Below, piece after piece: positions 28,066 through 38,816 of a stretch of DNA of 64,000 nt. The DNA is from an uncultured Pseudomonadota bacterium (GTDB lineage: Bacteria > Vulcanimicrobiota > Vulcanimicrobiia > Eremiobacterales > Eremiobacteraceae): contig CAVTNB010000001.1 in the NCBI GenBank assembly GCA_963736005.1, positions 320,001-384,000 on the forward strand, in the 5' to 3' direction. The notes under the pieces were generated by a model. That model was not told the origin of the DNA. It made no database searches and saw nothing but the letters and a program-made list of their open reading frames with translations. A program made the position numbers and the translations under genes. Numbering within the stretch: position 1 is the stretch's first letter; each line of letters opens with the position of its first letter.

Positions 28066-29691
28066 CTAGTTTCCGGGCGACAGCGACATGACTTGGAACG
28101 GTTCGGAATTGTCTGGATTGCCAATATAGCCGAGCACCGTTCGCTTGAAAACGATTGGCGGACCTGTGTGCACGAGGGGAACCAGGGGCGCTTGGTCGTG
28201 GACGATCTGTAGCGCTTGCGAGTAATACTCGGCTCGCTTCGTGCGGTCATTCGTGTTTTGCGCTGCGATCATCAAGTTGTGGAAGTCTGGGTCTTTCCAA
28301 AAGCACACGTTCTGCGCGCCGGGCGGAATGGCGCTATCCCTGTCAAGGATTGCGTAGAGAAAATTGTCGGGGTCGCCGTTGTCTCCGGTCCATCCGGAGA
28401 GCGCGAGGTCATGATCTCCTCGTTCGGTCTTATCCAAATACTGTCCCCACTCGAAGCCTTGAAGCGACGCGTTGATGCCCACGGTGCGCAAGTCGGCTTG
28501 GATCGCCTCAGCGACGCGCTGAGGTTCGGGAACGTACGGGCGGGGCAGTGTCATGTACCACAGCGTCGTAGTGAAGCCGTGCGGGAAGCCCGCTTGGGCG
28601 AGCAGTCGGCGGGCGTCCGCCGGGTCATACGCGTACGCGGTTTTATTGGGATGTGGCCACACGGCAAGCGGCAGAAAATCAGTAGCGACCTCAGCGGACG
28701 GGTCGTAAAAGTTTTTGACTATTGCCTTCGCGTCGATCGCTTCGTTGATGGCGCGTCTCACCAAAACGTTCGTGAACGGTGGTTTCTGCACGTTGATTGC
28801 TAGATAGAGCACGTTGTTGGGAGGTTGGTGGTAAATCGTCAGGTTGTGATCGTTTGCCAAAGCCGCCATATCGTCCGGACGGGGGTATTCCCAGCCATCG
28901 ATGTCGCCTTTTTGCATCGCGAGCAGACTGGTCGACTGGTCGGGGATGTCGCGGAAAATAATGGTTTGAATTTTTGGCTTATCGCCCCAATAGCCGGCGA
29001 ATGCCTTCATTGTAATGTGGTCGTCTTTGACCCATTCGGTCACCTCGTACGGTCCCGTCCCCACCGGCGCGCGGAAATAATTCTCTCCTTCTTTCTTCAT
29101 GGCCGTGGGTGACGAAATACCGAACGCAGGCATGGCCAGGTTGGCAAGCATCGGCGCCATGGGTCGAGTGAGCACGAACTCAACTTCGTCCGGCGCGAGG
29201 ACGCGAACGTCGCTGATGACGCCCGGAAATCCGCCGAACTGGCTTTCGTAGTAGGAATATTCCAGATTTCCTTGCAGTAGTTTGTGCCAAGGATTATCCC
29301 GCAGGCGCCAGCGATCGAAATTGAACTTCACGGCCGCTGCGTCAAAGGAAGTTTCATCGTGAAATTTCACGCCGTGCCGCAGCTTGAACTTCCAAATCTT
29401 CCCATCTGGGCTCACGCTCCAGGAGGTTGCAAGCGCCGGCTCGATGTCGAAGCTGCCAAGTGCGTAGCCGGTCAGGCCCTCCATAGTGATGCGCGACACG
29501 TTGAGCGACATGCCGTCGGTAACCACTGCAGGATCCAGTCGCACGGCATCTTGGTTGCGCCCAAAAACAAGCGTCGATCCGTTGTTTTCTGTTGCCCCCG
29601 TACTGGAGCCCGAACAGGCGGCGAGGCCGACACACGCCGCAAAGAGGGCGCCCGCAATCGCAAACCACCGCGCCACACTAGAATACTTCAC
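28066..29691 (-). CDS. Dipeptide/oligopeptide ABC substrate-binding lipoprotein (family 5)
   Basis: Lipobox LAAC; LATSW.VS.DG..W.FKLR.GVKFHD; PVGTGPY; GWTGDNGDPDNF. Confidence 0.92.
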   Translation of the reverse strand: MKYSSVARWFAIAGALFAACVGLAACSGSSTGATENNGSTLVFGRNQDAVRLDPAVVTDGMSLNVSRITMEGLTGYALGSFDIEPALATSWSVSPDGKIWKFKLRHGVKFHDETSFDAAAVKFNFDRWRLRDNPWHKLLQGNLEYSYYESQFGGFPGVISDVRVLAPDEVEFVLTRPMAPMLANLAMPAFGISSPTAMKKEGENYFRAPVGTGPYEVTEWVKDDHITMKAFAGYWGDKPKIQTIIFRDIPDQSTSLLAMQKGDIDGWEYPRPDDMAALANDHNLTIYHQPPNNVLYLAINVQKPPFTNVLVRRAINEAIDAKAIVKNFYDPSAEVATDFLPLAVWPHPNKTAYAYDPADARRLLAQAGFPHGFTTTLWYMTLPRPYVPEPQRVAEAIQADLRTVGINASLQGFEWGQYLDKTERGDHDLALSGWTGDNGDPDNFLYAILDRDSAIPPGAQNVCFWKDPDFHNLMIAAQNTNDRTKRAEYYSQALQIVHDQAPLVPLVHTGPPIVFKRTVLGYIGNPDNSEPFQVMSLSPGN

Positions 29692-29700
29692 TTCTTTGCC

Positions 29701-31233
29701 TCACTCGCCAAGGATCTTGAACGACCATTCGTACGCAAGCCCATTACCTGCAATATCGGTTCCTCTGAGCCTGACGTCCACCACCCCAGGGGGCAAATCT
29801 GCGGGTGGATAGTAGGAAATGAATGATGGCGTACGCGTTGTTTGGGCCGTTACGTCTTGACCGTTGACCGTCAGGATAAGGCTCCCGGTGTCCATGCCCT
29901 TGTTCCCCACGGTGACAAAGGTGGCGACGATATTCGGACGAGTGACGTTGATCTGGCCCCCCGCGGCTGGTGCAGTTTCACCCACTGAAGGTGGTGTGGT
30001 GATGATCGTCAGCGGGTCGGGAGCCTCCGCGAGAGCCGTGAGACCGTCTTTGGTGAGCCTCACCAGCACGGGCGCATCGGCGAGGTTCGTGCCGACGGAA
30101 ACAGCGTAGTCACCTTCGTAGTGACCCGAACGAACCTCTCGCATCACGTTATGAGCGAAGACATCGCTCAAATCGAATTCGGCACGTCCTCCGGGTGTGC
30201 CATCCAAAGCAACCTTCAACACATCGCCCGAACGAAAGGCCCGTTGTGCGTTATCCGTCACGCCGGTAATCGCTACTGACGTGCTCCCGGATTGCGCTGA
30301 GTTGGGCGTGGCGCTGGCCGTCGTTGCGTATCCACCCGGCGTGAGGGCGACAACCTCTCGCACCGCACCGCTGACGGGATCGGCGCGAACCGTCACCTTG
30401 TCGCCTGCCTGCAACGACGCAAAAGTGGCCGGCCTGCCGTCCAACGTCACGCTTGCGGATGTCGAAGTGTCCGCAGAAATCACTCGCCCACTGGTGAGCA
30501 CCATGCTTTGGTCAGCCACACTTGCGATCGTGCCATTGATGCTCGCAAAGATATCTGCGATCGAAACCAATTGTCCGGCTCCATCGAGCGTCACCACCAG
30601 CGCGTCGCCTGGGCGCACTGCAGACAGAGTGCCATTCCCGGTGACTGCGCCATGCACGTCGCGGAATGCAATGGCGGTCGTGGCGGGCACAGTCGCGGTG
30701 TAGACCTGGCCCCCTGAAGTGAATTGTATTGTTGGCGGCGCTGCCGCGCTGTTCACCGCGACCACGGTACCTTCGAAGGTCTTCGCCGACGTCGGTGGCG
30801 GGGAAGCTGCTCGCTGCCCAGTGTTACGAGATGCTGCGGAGACAACCACCGCGTGGGTCTTCGGTTTGTACGTCACCGATGCGCCGAAGACTGCACCCAG
30901 CACGCGCAGGGGCAGCATGATCCGCGAACCGTTGCGGCGCGGTGCGGCTGCAAGCTGTATCGCTTCTCCATTGACCATTGCCCTCTGGTCATCAAGATGG
31001 AGGACGACCTGTCGCAACAGGGTCGTGATCGTCACCGAGCGCTCGCGCGAGTTGGTCGTGACATAGGCGCCAAGCGCTTCACCCACGGGGCGAACGGCAA
31101 CATAGACCTTGCCATCCAGAATCGCGACCGCGCTCGAAGGCAGGCTCGCTCCGTTGACCACGACGTGCATTGGCTGAGGCGCTGCGGCGATCAGCGTGAA
31201 GACAACAAATCCAAGCCTCACATAGCGATTCAT
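29701..31233 (-). CDS. Secreted protein with copper amine oxidase-like N-terminal domain and Ig-like C-terminal domains
   Basis: Signal peptide; VYVAVRPVGEALGA, MLPLR.L...FGA.V.Y. Confidence 0.75.
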   Translation of the reverse strand: MNRYVRLGFVVFTLIAAAPQPMHVVVNGASLPSSAVAILDGKVYVAVRPVGEALGAYVTTNSRERSVTITTLLRQVVLHLDDQRAMVNGEAIQLAAAPRRNGSRIMLPLRVLGAVFGASVTYKPKTHAVVVSAASRNTGQRAASPPPTSAKTFEGTVVAVNSAAAPPTIQFTSGGQVYTATVPATTAIAFRDVHGAVTGNGTLSAVRPGDALVVTLDGAGQLVSIADIFASINGTIASVADQSMVLTSGRVISADTSTSASVTLDGRPATFASLQAGDKVTVRADPVSGAVREVVALTPGGYATTASATPNSAQSGSTSVAITGVTDNAQRAFRSGDVLKVALDGTPGGRAEFDLSDVFAHNVMREVRSGHYEGDYAVSVGTNLADAPVLVRLTKDGLTALAEAPDPLTIITTPPSVGETAPAAGGQINVTRPNIVATFVTVGNKGMDTGSLILTVNGQDVTAQTTRTPSFISYYPPADLPPGVVDVRLRGTDIAGNGLAYEWSFKILGE

Positions 31234-32324
31234 TGTCCGAGAGCCTCGCGATAGACTTGAGCGGTTTGGCGCGCGGTGAGATCCCATGAGAAGTCGCAGG
31301 CACGCTTGCGACCCGCCGCGCGCAGCGCCTCGCGCTGCGATGCGTCCATCGCTAGGGTATCCATCTGCTCGGCCAGCCCCGCGGCGTCGTGAGCGAAGAA
31401 CGTCGCCGCCGCGTGTTCTGTGAGCTCGAGGAGTGCTGGTGTCCGCGCCACGATCACTGGTGCACCGACAGACATTGCCTCGAGCGCACCCAATCCAAAG
31501 CCTTCATACAGGGACGGCTGCACCGCACCACTGCAGCCAGCATAAAGCGAGATGAGTTCGCCTTGCGTCACATGGCCCACACAGACAATCCTTCCATTTG
31601 TTTTTTGCCCGGCATCCAACACAAAATCAAAGGGTCCATCCTCCGTCAGGACGAGATCGCTGGGCGCTTTCGTCATTCGCCACGCTTCAACCAAAGTTTG
31701 GATGTTCTTGTGCGGCCGGTGGTTGCCCGCGTAGACAAAGTACGACCGATCGAGTCCAAAGCGCCGCTTGGCGGCCTCAGCGTGCATCGTTCTTGCTTGC
31801 TCATTGAGAGTGAATGCTTCACCCACGCCGAGCGGCACCACGCGAATCCGGTCCGGTTCGACTTGGAGGTACGTGCGCAGGTCCGCCAGAGTTGCCCGGG
31901 CATCTGTGATGACCAAGCGCGCCGAGCGCGCAGCCGGTCTGACAACCCACCGATAATACGGTGGAACCTTCCACGAAAAATACTGAGGGAAGCGCAGATG
32001 GATAAGATCGTGAATGGTGTAGACATGAGCGAGACTGGATCGACGCGGCGCATAGATGCTCATAAAATGGACGAGGTTGGGCTTGGCGCGTGCCAAGAAA
32101 CCAGCATAGAGCAATTGCTCGCCGAGGCCGCCATTGACAGCGCACGCCCTCGGAACCCAGTGAAACGTTGCGTTGTTCGGGAGCGGGAGTGGTTCGTTCC
32201 CAAAAACCATGAACTCAAACTCCGGCGCTTGCCCCGGCAATCGTGCGGCGAGCTCCGTGACATAAGCTTTCATCCCAACCGACATTTGGCCAGTCAAGCG
32301 AGCATCGAGCGCAATGATGGCCAT
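31230..32324 (-). CDS. Glycosyltransferase family 4
   Basis: TIHDLIHL, PHKNI, PSLYEGFGL.ALEAM, FSW. Confidence 0.92.
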   Translation of the reverse strand: MAIIALDARLTGQMSVGMKAYVTELAARLPGQAPEFEFMVFGNEPLPLPNNATFHWVPRACAVNGGLGEQLLYAGFLARAKPNLVHFMSIYAPRRSSLAHVYTIHDLIHLRFPQYFSWKVPPYYRWVVRPAARSARLVITDARATLADLRTYLQVEPDRIRVVPLGVGEAFTLNEQARTMHAEAAKRRFGLDRSYFVYAGNHRPHKNIQTLVEAWRMTKAPSDLVLTEDGPFDFVLDAGQKTNGRIVCVGHVTQGELISLYAGCSGAVQPSLYEGFGLGALEAMSVGAPVIVARTPALLELTEHAAATFFAHDAAGLAEQMDTLAMDASQREALRAAGRKRACDFSWDLTARQTAQVYREALGQ

Positions 32325-32325
32325 A

Positions 32326-33123
32326 CTAATGTAGCAGCGGACCTTCAGGTCCGCTTTTGGATTCATTCGCGCGCGTTCTTCGGCTTTTCGTGGCGACCAC
32401 CGCTGGGTAGAGCGCGCTGCCTGCGCACACGTAGGCGCCACGCCAGCCTTCCAGGAGGCCTCCGCGTCCTATCATGAGCCAGCAAAAGCGCAAGGGGGCA
32501 ACAAGCCAGGATCCTATTATTGTCAGCAGAGATGCACGGGGGCCCTGTGCTTCGAGATCCGTATAGCGCGCGAACTTGCGGCGATACTGGGTCACGCTTT
32601 CGTACGAATGATGTTCGAGTGGCTGGGCAAGCTCGCCGCTCTCTCCACTGGCATGCCATGTCTCGTGAATCGCCGCTCCCTCGTTGGTGGCTCGCGCGCG
32701 CACGTGAGCAGTACCGGTCCGGAAGAGGCGCACCAATCGGTCGGGCCACCAGCCGGCGCAGCGAATCGGGCGCCCGCAGAACCAATTGCGGCGAGACACG
32801 CTATACGCGATCAGGTTGGAAGGTGGCTCGAGCGCGTCAAGTTCTTGCCACAGGGCAGTCGTCAGACGCTCGTCCGCGTCGAGCATGAAGGTCCAAGGCG
32901 TCTTTACCAAACTTGCTGCCGCGGTCCTCGCCTGCACGTACCCAGCCCACGGTGCCTGGACGACCGTTGCACCAAGCTGGCGCGCACGAGGAGCAGTGTC
33001 GTCCGCGGACATCGCATCGTAGACGAGCGCAGGCGATTCGTCAGGCAGCGACTGCAGACACTCGACGATGTTTGCCGACTCGTCCTTTGTGAGAATGACG
33101 AACGTGATGTCGGCGTGCTTCAC
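32326..33123 (-). CDS. Glycosyltransferase family 2 (WaaE/LgtF-like)
   Basis: VILTKDE, W.GY, LDADE, RLVRLFR, IHE. Confidence 0.9.
   Translation of the reverse strand: MKHADITFVILTKDESANIVECLQSLPDESPALVYDAMSADDTAPRARQLGATVVQAPWAGYVQARTAAASLVKTPWTFMLDADERLTTALWQELDALEPPSNLIAYSVSRRNWFCGRPIRCAGWWPDRLVRLFRTGTAHVRARATNEGAAIHETWHASGESGELAQPLEHHSYESVTQYRRKFARYTDLEAQGPRASLLTIIGSWLVAPLRFCWLMIGRGGLLEGWRGAYVCAGSALYPAVVATKSRRTRANESKSGPEGPLLH
32330..32355 (+). repeat. GTAG-type REP palindrome, family A
   Basis: TGTAGCAGCGGACCTTCAGGTCCGCT; one loop substitution; lies in the 3' end of the GT2 CDS. Confidence 0.78.
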
Positions 33124-33141
33124 GCCGAACCTCGCGCCCGC

Positions 33142-34782
33142 TTACGCGCTGCGTTCGCGAGTGAGTTCGCGCCCAGCATCGCGAGCTCGCGCAGCCGCCA
33201 GGCAGGCTTCGATGAACCCCGCATAGAGGGGTGACGGGCGGGTTGGACGCGACTTAAACTCCGGATGCGCCTGGGTCCCGATGAACCACGGGTGCGAGGG
33301 CAATTCGATGATTTCGACGAGGTCCGCCGCCCGATAGTGCCCAGAAAAAACCATCCCTTTGCGCTCGAAGATCTCTTTGTATGCGTTGTTAAACTCGAAG
33401 CGATGCCGGTGGCGCTCGGAAATCTCCAGCTGTCCGTACGCTTTTTGGGCGAGCGAACCTGGTACGAGCGAACACGGATACGCCCCCAGGCGCATGGTGC
33501 CGCCCATGACCTGCAAGTTGCGCTGATTCTCCATGAAGTCGATGACTGGGTGCGGTGTCTCCGGCTCGACCTCTCGCGTGTGTGCATTTTCCAGTCCACA
33601 GACGTTTCGCGCAAACTCGACGCACGCAAGCTGCATGCCATAGCAAATCCCAAGAAATGGCAAGTTATTCTCCCGAGCGTGCTTGATCGCGAGCAGCTTC
33701 CCCTTGATGCCGCGTGCACCGAAGCCTGGCGCGACAAGGACGCCGCTCACATCGGCGAGTGCTTCGATTCCCCGCTCTTCGAGCACTTCTGAATCGATAC
33801 GCACGACTTCGACGGCCGCATTTTGCGACACGCCGGCGTGGTAGAGTGCCTCGTTGATCGAAATATATGCGTCCTTGAGCTCCACGTATTTGCCAACCAG
33901 CGCTACTCGCACGCTCTCCTTCGGACGCACGATTCGTCGAACCATCGCCCGCCATTCTTCTAAATCCAGCGTACGATCCCCAAAATTGAACTTCTGGCAG
34001 ACCGCCTCGGCCAGGCCCTCCGCTTCGAGGTTGAGCGGAACCTGGTAAATACTTTGGGCATCGCGGCTCTGGACGACTGCCGAGCGTTTGACATCGCAGA
34101 ATAGCGCGATCTTTTCCTTGATGTCTTGTGTGATGGGGTACTCCGCGCGGCAGATGATCGCGTCGGGCGATATGCCGATGGCGCGAAGCTCGCGAACCGA
34201 GTGTTGGGTGGGTTTGGTCTTCAGTTCGTCGGGCGCACCCAAATGTGGCACAAGCGTCAGATGGATGTACATGACGTGGTCGTCGCCCACGTCGTGTTTA
34301 AACTGACGGATTGCTTCAAGAAAAGGCAGGGACTCGATGTCGCCAACCGTGCCTCCGACCTCGATAATGCACACGTCCGCGGAACTTTGCAAGGCTACTT
34401 GTTTGATTCGATCTTTGATTTCGTTGGTGATGTGAGGAATGACCTGGACGGTTGCGCCCAAATACGCGCCGCGACGCTCCTGCTCGATGACCGAGCCGTA
34501 AATCTGCCCCGTTGTTACGTTGTGGAGCTTGGTGAGATTCTCATCGATGAAGCGCTCGTAGTGTCCGAGATCGAGGTCGGTTTCGGCACCGTCTTCCGTC
34601 ACGAACACCTCACCATGTTGGTACGGATTCATGGTGCCGGCATCAGTATTAATGTAGGGATCCAGTTTTTGGATGCTGACCGAAACACCGCGGCTCTTCA
34701 GCAAACGCCCGAGCGATGCGGCTGCGATACCCTTCCCAAGCGACGAGACCACGCCGCCCGTGAAAAAGATAAAACGGGTCAC
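33142..34782 (-). CDS. pyrG: CTP synthase
   Basis: [33 protein letters not shown]. Confidence 0.98.
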   Translation of the reverse strand: MTRFIFFTGGVVSSLGKGIAAASLGRLLKSRGVSVSIQKLDPYINTDAGTMNPYQHGEVFVTEDGAETDLDLGHYERFIDENLTKLHNVTTGQIYGSVIEQERRGAYLGATVQVIPHITNEIKDRIKQVALQSSADVCIIEVGGTVGDIESLPFLEAIRQFKHDVGDDHVMYIHLTLVPHLGAPDELKTKPTQHSVRELRAIGISPDAIICRAEYPITQDIKEKIALFCDVKRSAVVQSRDAQSIYQVPLNLEAEGLAEAVCQKFNFGDRTLDLEEWRAMVRRIVRPKESVRVALVGKYVELKDAYISINEALYHAGVSQNAAVEVVRIDSEVLEERGIEALADVSGVLVAPGFGARGIKGKLLAIKHARENNLPFLGICYGMQLACVEFARNVCGLENAHTREVEPETPHPVIDFMENQRNLQVMGGTMRLGAYPCSLVPGSLAQKAYGQLEISERHRHRFEFNNAYKEIFERKGMVFSGHYRAADLVEIIELPSHPWFIGTQAHPEFKSRPTRPSPLYAGFIEACLAAARARDAGRELTRERSA

Positions 34783-34797
34783 AAGTTCACGTGCTTG

Positions 34798-34823
34798 TGT
34801 AGCAGCGGACCTTTAGGTCCGCT
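34798..34823 (+). repeat. GTAG-type REP palindrome, family A (degenerate second copy ~34868-34892)
   Basis: TGTAGCAGCGGACCTTTAGGTCCGCT. Confidence 0.8.
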
Positions 34824-34904
34824 CCCTCAAAAAAGACAAGATTCATGTACTTCAAGGTTCGCTGCGAGGAGCACCGGACCTTCAGGTCCCGCCCCCGTCA
34901 TGCG

Positions 34905-35777
34905 TTAGCCTAGCCAGTTTTGTGCGTGGAAAAAGGACATCGCGTGTGCTTCGGGACTTGCCGCTTCTGGCTGGTAGTCATAGCACCACCGGGCGAGCGG
35001 CGGCAGCGACATTAAGATGGATTCGGTCCGTCCACCAGTCGCCAAGCCAAAGCTCGTGCCTCGATCGTACAAGAGATTGAATTCCACATACCGTCCCCGT
35101 CGCAAGAGTTGGAACTGACGCTCCCGTTCGCCGTATGGCTCGTCGCGGCGCCGCTGCACGATGGGAACATACGGGAGCAGAACGTTCTTGGCGCAATCGG
35201 CGACGAAACGGAAGATCGCCTCTAGGTCACCCCGCAGATCGTCAAAAAAGATCCCGCCGACACCGCGCGTTTCGCCGCGGTGCCGAATGTAGAAATATTC
35301 GTCGCACCAGCGCTTGAAGTGGCTGTAGTAGGTTGGCTCGTGGCGATCGCAGATCTCTTTCCAGCCTTTGTGGAAAATGACAACGTCCTCTCGATATGGG
35401 TAAGAGGGCGTCAAATCGCTCCCACCCCCAAACCAGCCATCGTCGCCCCTCGTGAGATACCGAAAATTGGCGTGCATGGTGGGCACCATGGGGCTTTTCG
35501 GATGTAGCACCATGGAAATGCCGGTCGCAAAAAACCTTCGATCGCGCGAATCATCATCCAACTCGCCCCACACCGTTGACGTGTTGACACCGGCGCGCTC
35601 GAAGAGGCCGCCATTGCTGAGTATTGAGGTAAGTCCGCCGCCCCCGCCGGCCCGTTCCCACCTATCCTTTTGGAACGCCTGGCCATCAAGGCTTTCCAAC
35701 GTCTCGCAGATTGACGCTTGCTGCTCTTCGACGAGTGCCTGCATCCGACGACCGAGCTCTCCGCCGGGGCCGCTCAT
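34905..35777 (-). CDS. hemF: Oxygen-dependent coproporphyrinogen III oxidase
   Basis: FERAGVN, H.NFRY, WFGGG.DLTP, RGVGGIFFD, RRGRYVEFNL.YDRGT.FGL. Confidence 0.96.
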   Translation of the reverse strand: MSGPGGELGRRMQALVEEQQASICETLESLDGQAFQKDRWERAGGGGGLTSILSNGGLFERAGVNTSTVWGELDDDSRDRRFFATGISMVLHPKSPMVPTMHANFRYLTRGDDGWFGGGSDLTPSYPYREDVVIFHKGWKEICDRHEPTYYSHFKRWCDEYFYIRHRGETRGVGGIFFDDLRGDLEAIFRFVADCAKNVLLPYVPIVQRRRDEPYGERERQFQLLRRGRYVEFNLLYDRGTSFGLATGGRTESILMSLPPLARWCYDYQPEAASPEAHAMSFFHAQNWLG

Positions 35778-36652
35778 CCAGTGAAACCCGGCTGTCTGAC
35801 GGTGACCATCCGTTCCAATCCAGCCGCGTCTGCTCGCACCTCGACACTTGCCCCGGGAAACGCGGCCTCAGCCAAAGAGACCAGCAGCGTAGCATTGTGA
35901 GGACCGCATTCCAGATAGGCCGCGCCGGTCGGTTCGAGCACGCTTGGAGCTTGTTGCAGCAACGGTCGATAAACGGCAAGGCCATCGCGGCCTCCCATAA
36001 GGGCTAACGCTGGTTCGTACGCGCGCACGCCTGCATCGAGCGCGTCGATAAAATCTTCCGCGACATACGGCAAGTTCGCCACGATCGCATCGAAGCGAAT
36101 GTCCGCGGGAAACCCCGCGAACAAATCGCTATGGATGAGCTCGACCTGTTCGGCGAATCCAAGCATGGAAACATTGTGCGATGCAAGCTCGAGCGCTTCT
36201 CTACTGACGTCGCTTGCGTTGATCTTCGCGTCAGGCAGGAGATGGGCCAGGGCGCAGGCGATTGCACCGCTGCCCGTACCCATATCAACGATCCTTGCAC
36301 CGGGTCGTTTGCGAAAATCGCGAACACAGGCCAGCACAAGCTCCTCAGTCTCCGGACGGGGTACAAGCGCGCGACGGTCGACGGCGATTTCCAAGCCACA
36401 AAACGCCTTGCGGCCAACGATATAGGCGACCGGCTCGCCGTTTGCGCGCCGTTCTGTCAACTCCAGCAGTCGTGTCTTGCGTCGGCGGTCGAGCGTTGCG
36501 TCCCCGTACGCGATGACAGCCGAAGCATCAAGCCCCGTGATGAACTGCGCCAGTAGGCGAGCATCGAGCCACGGCGTCGGTGAAACCCCGCGCAAACGGA
36601 CGCGGCAGACGTCAATGGCTTCGGCAATCGTTTTTGGATTAGGCGACGGCAT
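35774..36652 (-). CDS. prmC: Release factor glutamine methyltransferase
   Basis: [30 protein letters not shown]. Confidence 0.95.
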   Translation of the reverse strand: MPSPNPKTIAEAIDVCRVRLRGVSPTPWLDARLLAQFITGLDASAVIAYGDATLDRRRKTRLLELTERRANGEPVAYIVGRKAFCGLEIAVDRRALVPRPETEELVLACVRDFRKRPGARIVDMGTGSGAIACALAHLLPDAKINASDVSREALELASHNVSMLGFAEQVELIHSDLFAGFPADIRFDAIVANLPYVAEDFIDALDAGVRAYEPALALMGGRDGLAVYRPLLQQAPSVLEPTGAAYLECGPHNATLLVSLAEAAFPGASVEVRADAAGLERMVTVRQPGFTG

Positions 36653-37730
36653 CGCCGGTTAGTCGCTTGCGCTCCTCATCCGCCAGGAGCGCGTCCACAA
36701 CCCCGTCCAAATTTCCGTCCAAAATACCCTTGAGATTTCCCGTACTGAATCCGATGCGATGATCCGTTAGTCGATCCTGTGGGAAGTTGTACGTGCGAAT
36801 CTTCTCACTGCGGTCACCGGTACCAACTTGCGCTCGCCGCGCTGATGCGGCTGCTTCTTCTTGCTCGTGCAGTTTTGCTTCGTAGAGGTGAGCCCGCAAC
36901 AGTTGCATGGCGCGCTCGCGATTTTGAAGTTGCGACCGCTCTTCTTGGCAGGCCACGACGATGCCGGTTGGCTTGTGCGTGATCCTCACCGCTGATTCGG
37001 TCTTGTTGACGTGCTGGCCACCGGCCCCTTGCGCGCGATACGTGTCGATCTCTAAGTCCGTCGGGTTGACTTCAATTTCGACCGCGTCAACTTCCGGCAT
37101 GACCGCCACGGTCGCCGTCGAGGTGTGGATTCTACCGCTCGCTTCCGTCTCCGGCACCCGCTGGACACGGTGCACGCCGCTCTCATGCTTGAAGAGACGA
37201 TATGCGCCCTTGCCTTTTACTGCGATCACGACTTCCTTGAAACCGCCCGCTTGCGACTCGGACGCACTAATGATCTCTGTCTTGAGCCTGTGACCTTCGG
37301 CAAATTTCACGTACATGCGCATGAGGTCGCCAGCAAACAGGCTCGCTTCATCGCCACCCGTTCCTGCCCTGATCTCAAGGAACAAATCCTTCTCGTCGTT
37401 GGGGTCCTTTGGAACCAAGAGGGCGCGCAGGCGATCCCTCTGCGCGGCGCTCTCCGCGCGCAAGCGCTGCACCTCGCCACGGGCAAGCTCGGCAAGCTCT
37501 GCATCGCTCTCGCGCAACAACGATTCGGCCGAAGCGAGCTCCTGCTCGAGTTGCTGCTGTCGTCGATGTGCGCTAACGATAGGCTCTAAGCCGGCGCGTT
37601 CCTTGGCGAGTTCTCTTGAAACCTTGGGGTCGTAAGCTGCGCCCATGGCCGCTAGCTTTGCCTCAATGTCGGCGAAGCGCGCTTCGACACTGCTGAGCCG
37701 AGCGTCGATCGTTGCGTCGTGATCTGCCAT
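36639..37730 (-). CDS. prfA: Peptide chain release factor 1
   Basis: [37 protein letters not shown]. Confidence 0.97.
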   Translation of the reverse strand: MADHDATIDARLSSVEARFADIEAKLAAMGAAYDPKVSRELAKERAGLEPIVSAHRRQQQLEQELASAESLLRESDAELAELARGEVQRLRAESAAQRDRLRALLVPKDPNDEKDLFLEIRAGTGGDEASLFAGDLMRMYVKFAEGHRLKTEIISASESQAGGFKEVVIAVKGKGAYRLFKHESGVHRVQRVPETEASGRIHTSTATVAVMPEVDAVEIEVNPTDLEIDTYRAQGAGGQHVNKTESAVRITHKPTGIVVACQEERSQLQNRERAMQLLRAHLYEAKLHEQEEAAASARRAQVGTGDRSEKIRTYNFPQDRLTDHRIGFSTGNLKGILDGNLDGVVDALLADEERKRLTGDAVA

Positions 37731-37740
37731 ATGTGTGAAC

Positions 37741-37765
37741 GTCGTTGCGCGAATTTATTCGCGCG
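37741..37765 (+). repeat. REP palindrome, family B (degenerate)
   Basis: GTCGTTGCGCGAATTTATTCGCGCG. Confidence 0.65.
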
Positions 37766-37770
37766 TCAAC

Positions 37771-38247
37771 TTAAGGCGCAGGCGTTTCCGCAGGAGTCTC
37801 TGCGGGGGCGTCGGCCGTCGCAGCCTTCGGTTTGCGAGTACGAGGTTTTGCGGCGCGTTTGCGCTTTGGCGCAGCTCCTACAGTCTCGGCGGCCTTTACC
37901 TCGGTAGCGGTCTCGGCCGCCTGAGCGCTCTCGGCGGCAGCGGCTTGCGCCTTAGCGGCCTCCGCCTTGGCAGCTTCAGCTTTAGCTGCTTGCGCTTGGG
38001 CTTTTTCGCGCTCGGCTTTGGCCTGATCTTTTTTGGATTTCTTGCTTGTGACCGTACCGTACTTGGTCATAAACTTCTCGACGCGGCCTTCGGTGTCGAC
38101 GAACTTCTGATTGCCCGTAAAAAACGGATGGCAAGCAGAGCAAATCTCGACGTGTAGTTTTTCACGCGTCGAACCGGTCGTAAACGTGTTACCGCACGAA
38201 CAGACCACGGTGGCTTCAAACCACTTGGGGTGGATCTTCTCTTTCAA
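37771..38247 (-). CDS. rpmE: 50S ribosomal protein bL31 (Zn-binding type) with long Ala/Lys/Glu/Pro tail
   Basis: TTG start; [31 protein letters not shown]. Confidence 0.95.
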   Translation of the reverse strand: MKEKIHPKWFEATVVCSCGNTFTTGSTREKLHVEICSACHPFFTGNQKFVDTEGRVEKFMTKYGTVTSKKSKKDQAKAEREKAQAQAAKAEAAKAEAAKAQAAAAESAQAAETATEVKAAETVGAAPKRKRAAKPRTRKPKAATADAPAETPAETPAP

Positions 38248-38408
38248 TGGAAATGCCTCTCGATGGACGCTGCCCGGCCGGTGCTTTGGCGACAAGGTGT
38301 CCCGCAGCCAGCCACGTGCGTCAAACGACAGTATATCACACGGTCCTCATTGGGTCTAGACGCCTGCGGAACGGGTGGGAAACAAATGGCGCATCAAAGG
38401 AGACGAGC

Positions 38409-38705
38409 ATGTCGTTCATACCGCTAGCCTTGGGGACGGTCTTTCAAATGGTCTCGCAAAGCGGCATCGACGCCGCGCAGCAGGCCATGCTGACGATGGA
38501 CGAGACTGACCAGCTCATGCTGCAAGCTCAGGAGCTGCGGCATCAGGAAGTCATGGACGAGCGCAGCGAAAAATTCAACGAAGCTGTCCAAGAGCGCTCG
38601 GAGCGGATGCGCGAACGCGAGCTGCTCATGGACCTCGACATGTCAGACCGCAAGGTTGACGACAAGATAACCAAGGAGTGGATCGGCCTCATCCGCGGCC
38701 AATAA
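38409..38705 (+). CDS. Hypothetical helical/coiled-coil protein (98 aa)
   Basis: AAGGAG RBS before ATG 38409; Met/Gln/Glu-rich; codon usage looks coding. Confidence 0.7.
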   Translation: MSFIPLALGTVFQMVSQSGIDAAQQAMLTMDETDQLMLQAQELRHQEVMDERSEKFNEAVQERSERMRERELLMDLDMSDRKVDDKITKEWIGLIRGQ

Positions 38706-38734
38706 TCTCATCCCGCGAATGTGTTCGCGCAAAA

Positions 38735-38760
38735 TGTAGTCGCGCGAATTTATTCGCGCG
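38735..38760 (+). repeat. GTAG-type REP palindrome, family B
   Basis: TGTAGT-CGCGCGAA-TTTA-TTCGCGCG. Confidence 0.75.
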
Positions 38761-38768
38761 GGCAGAAT

Positions 38769-38797
38769 AAGAGCGGCCGGGTTCACCGGCCGCTCTT
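38769..38797. terminator. Probable bidirectional intrinsic terminator
   Basis: AAGAGCGGCCGG-GTTCA-CCGGCCGCTCTT hairpin between convergent genes. Confidence 0.6.
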
Positions 38798-38816
38798 TGT
38801 GTCGAGCTTCGTTTGT

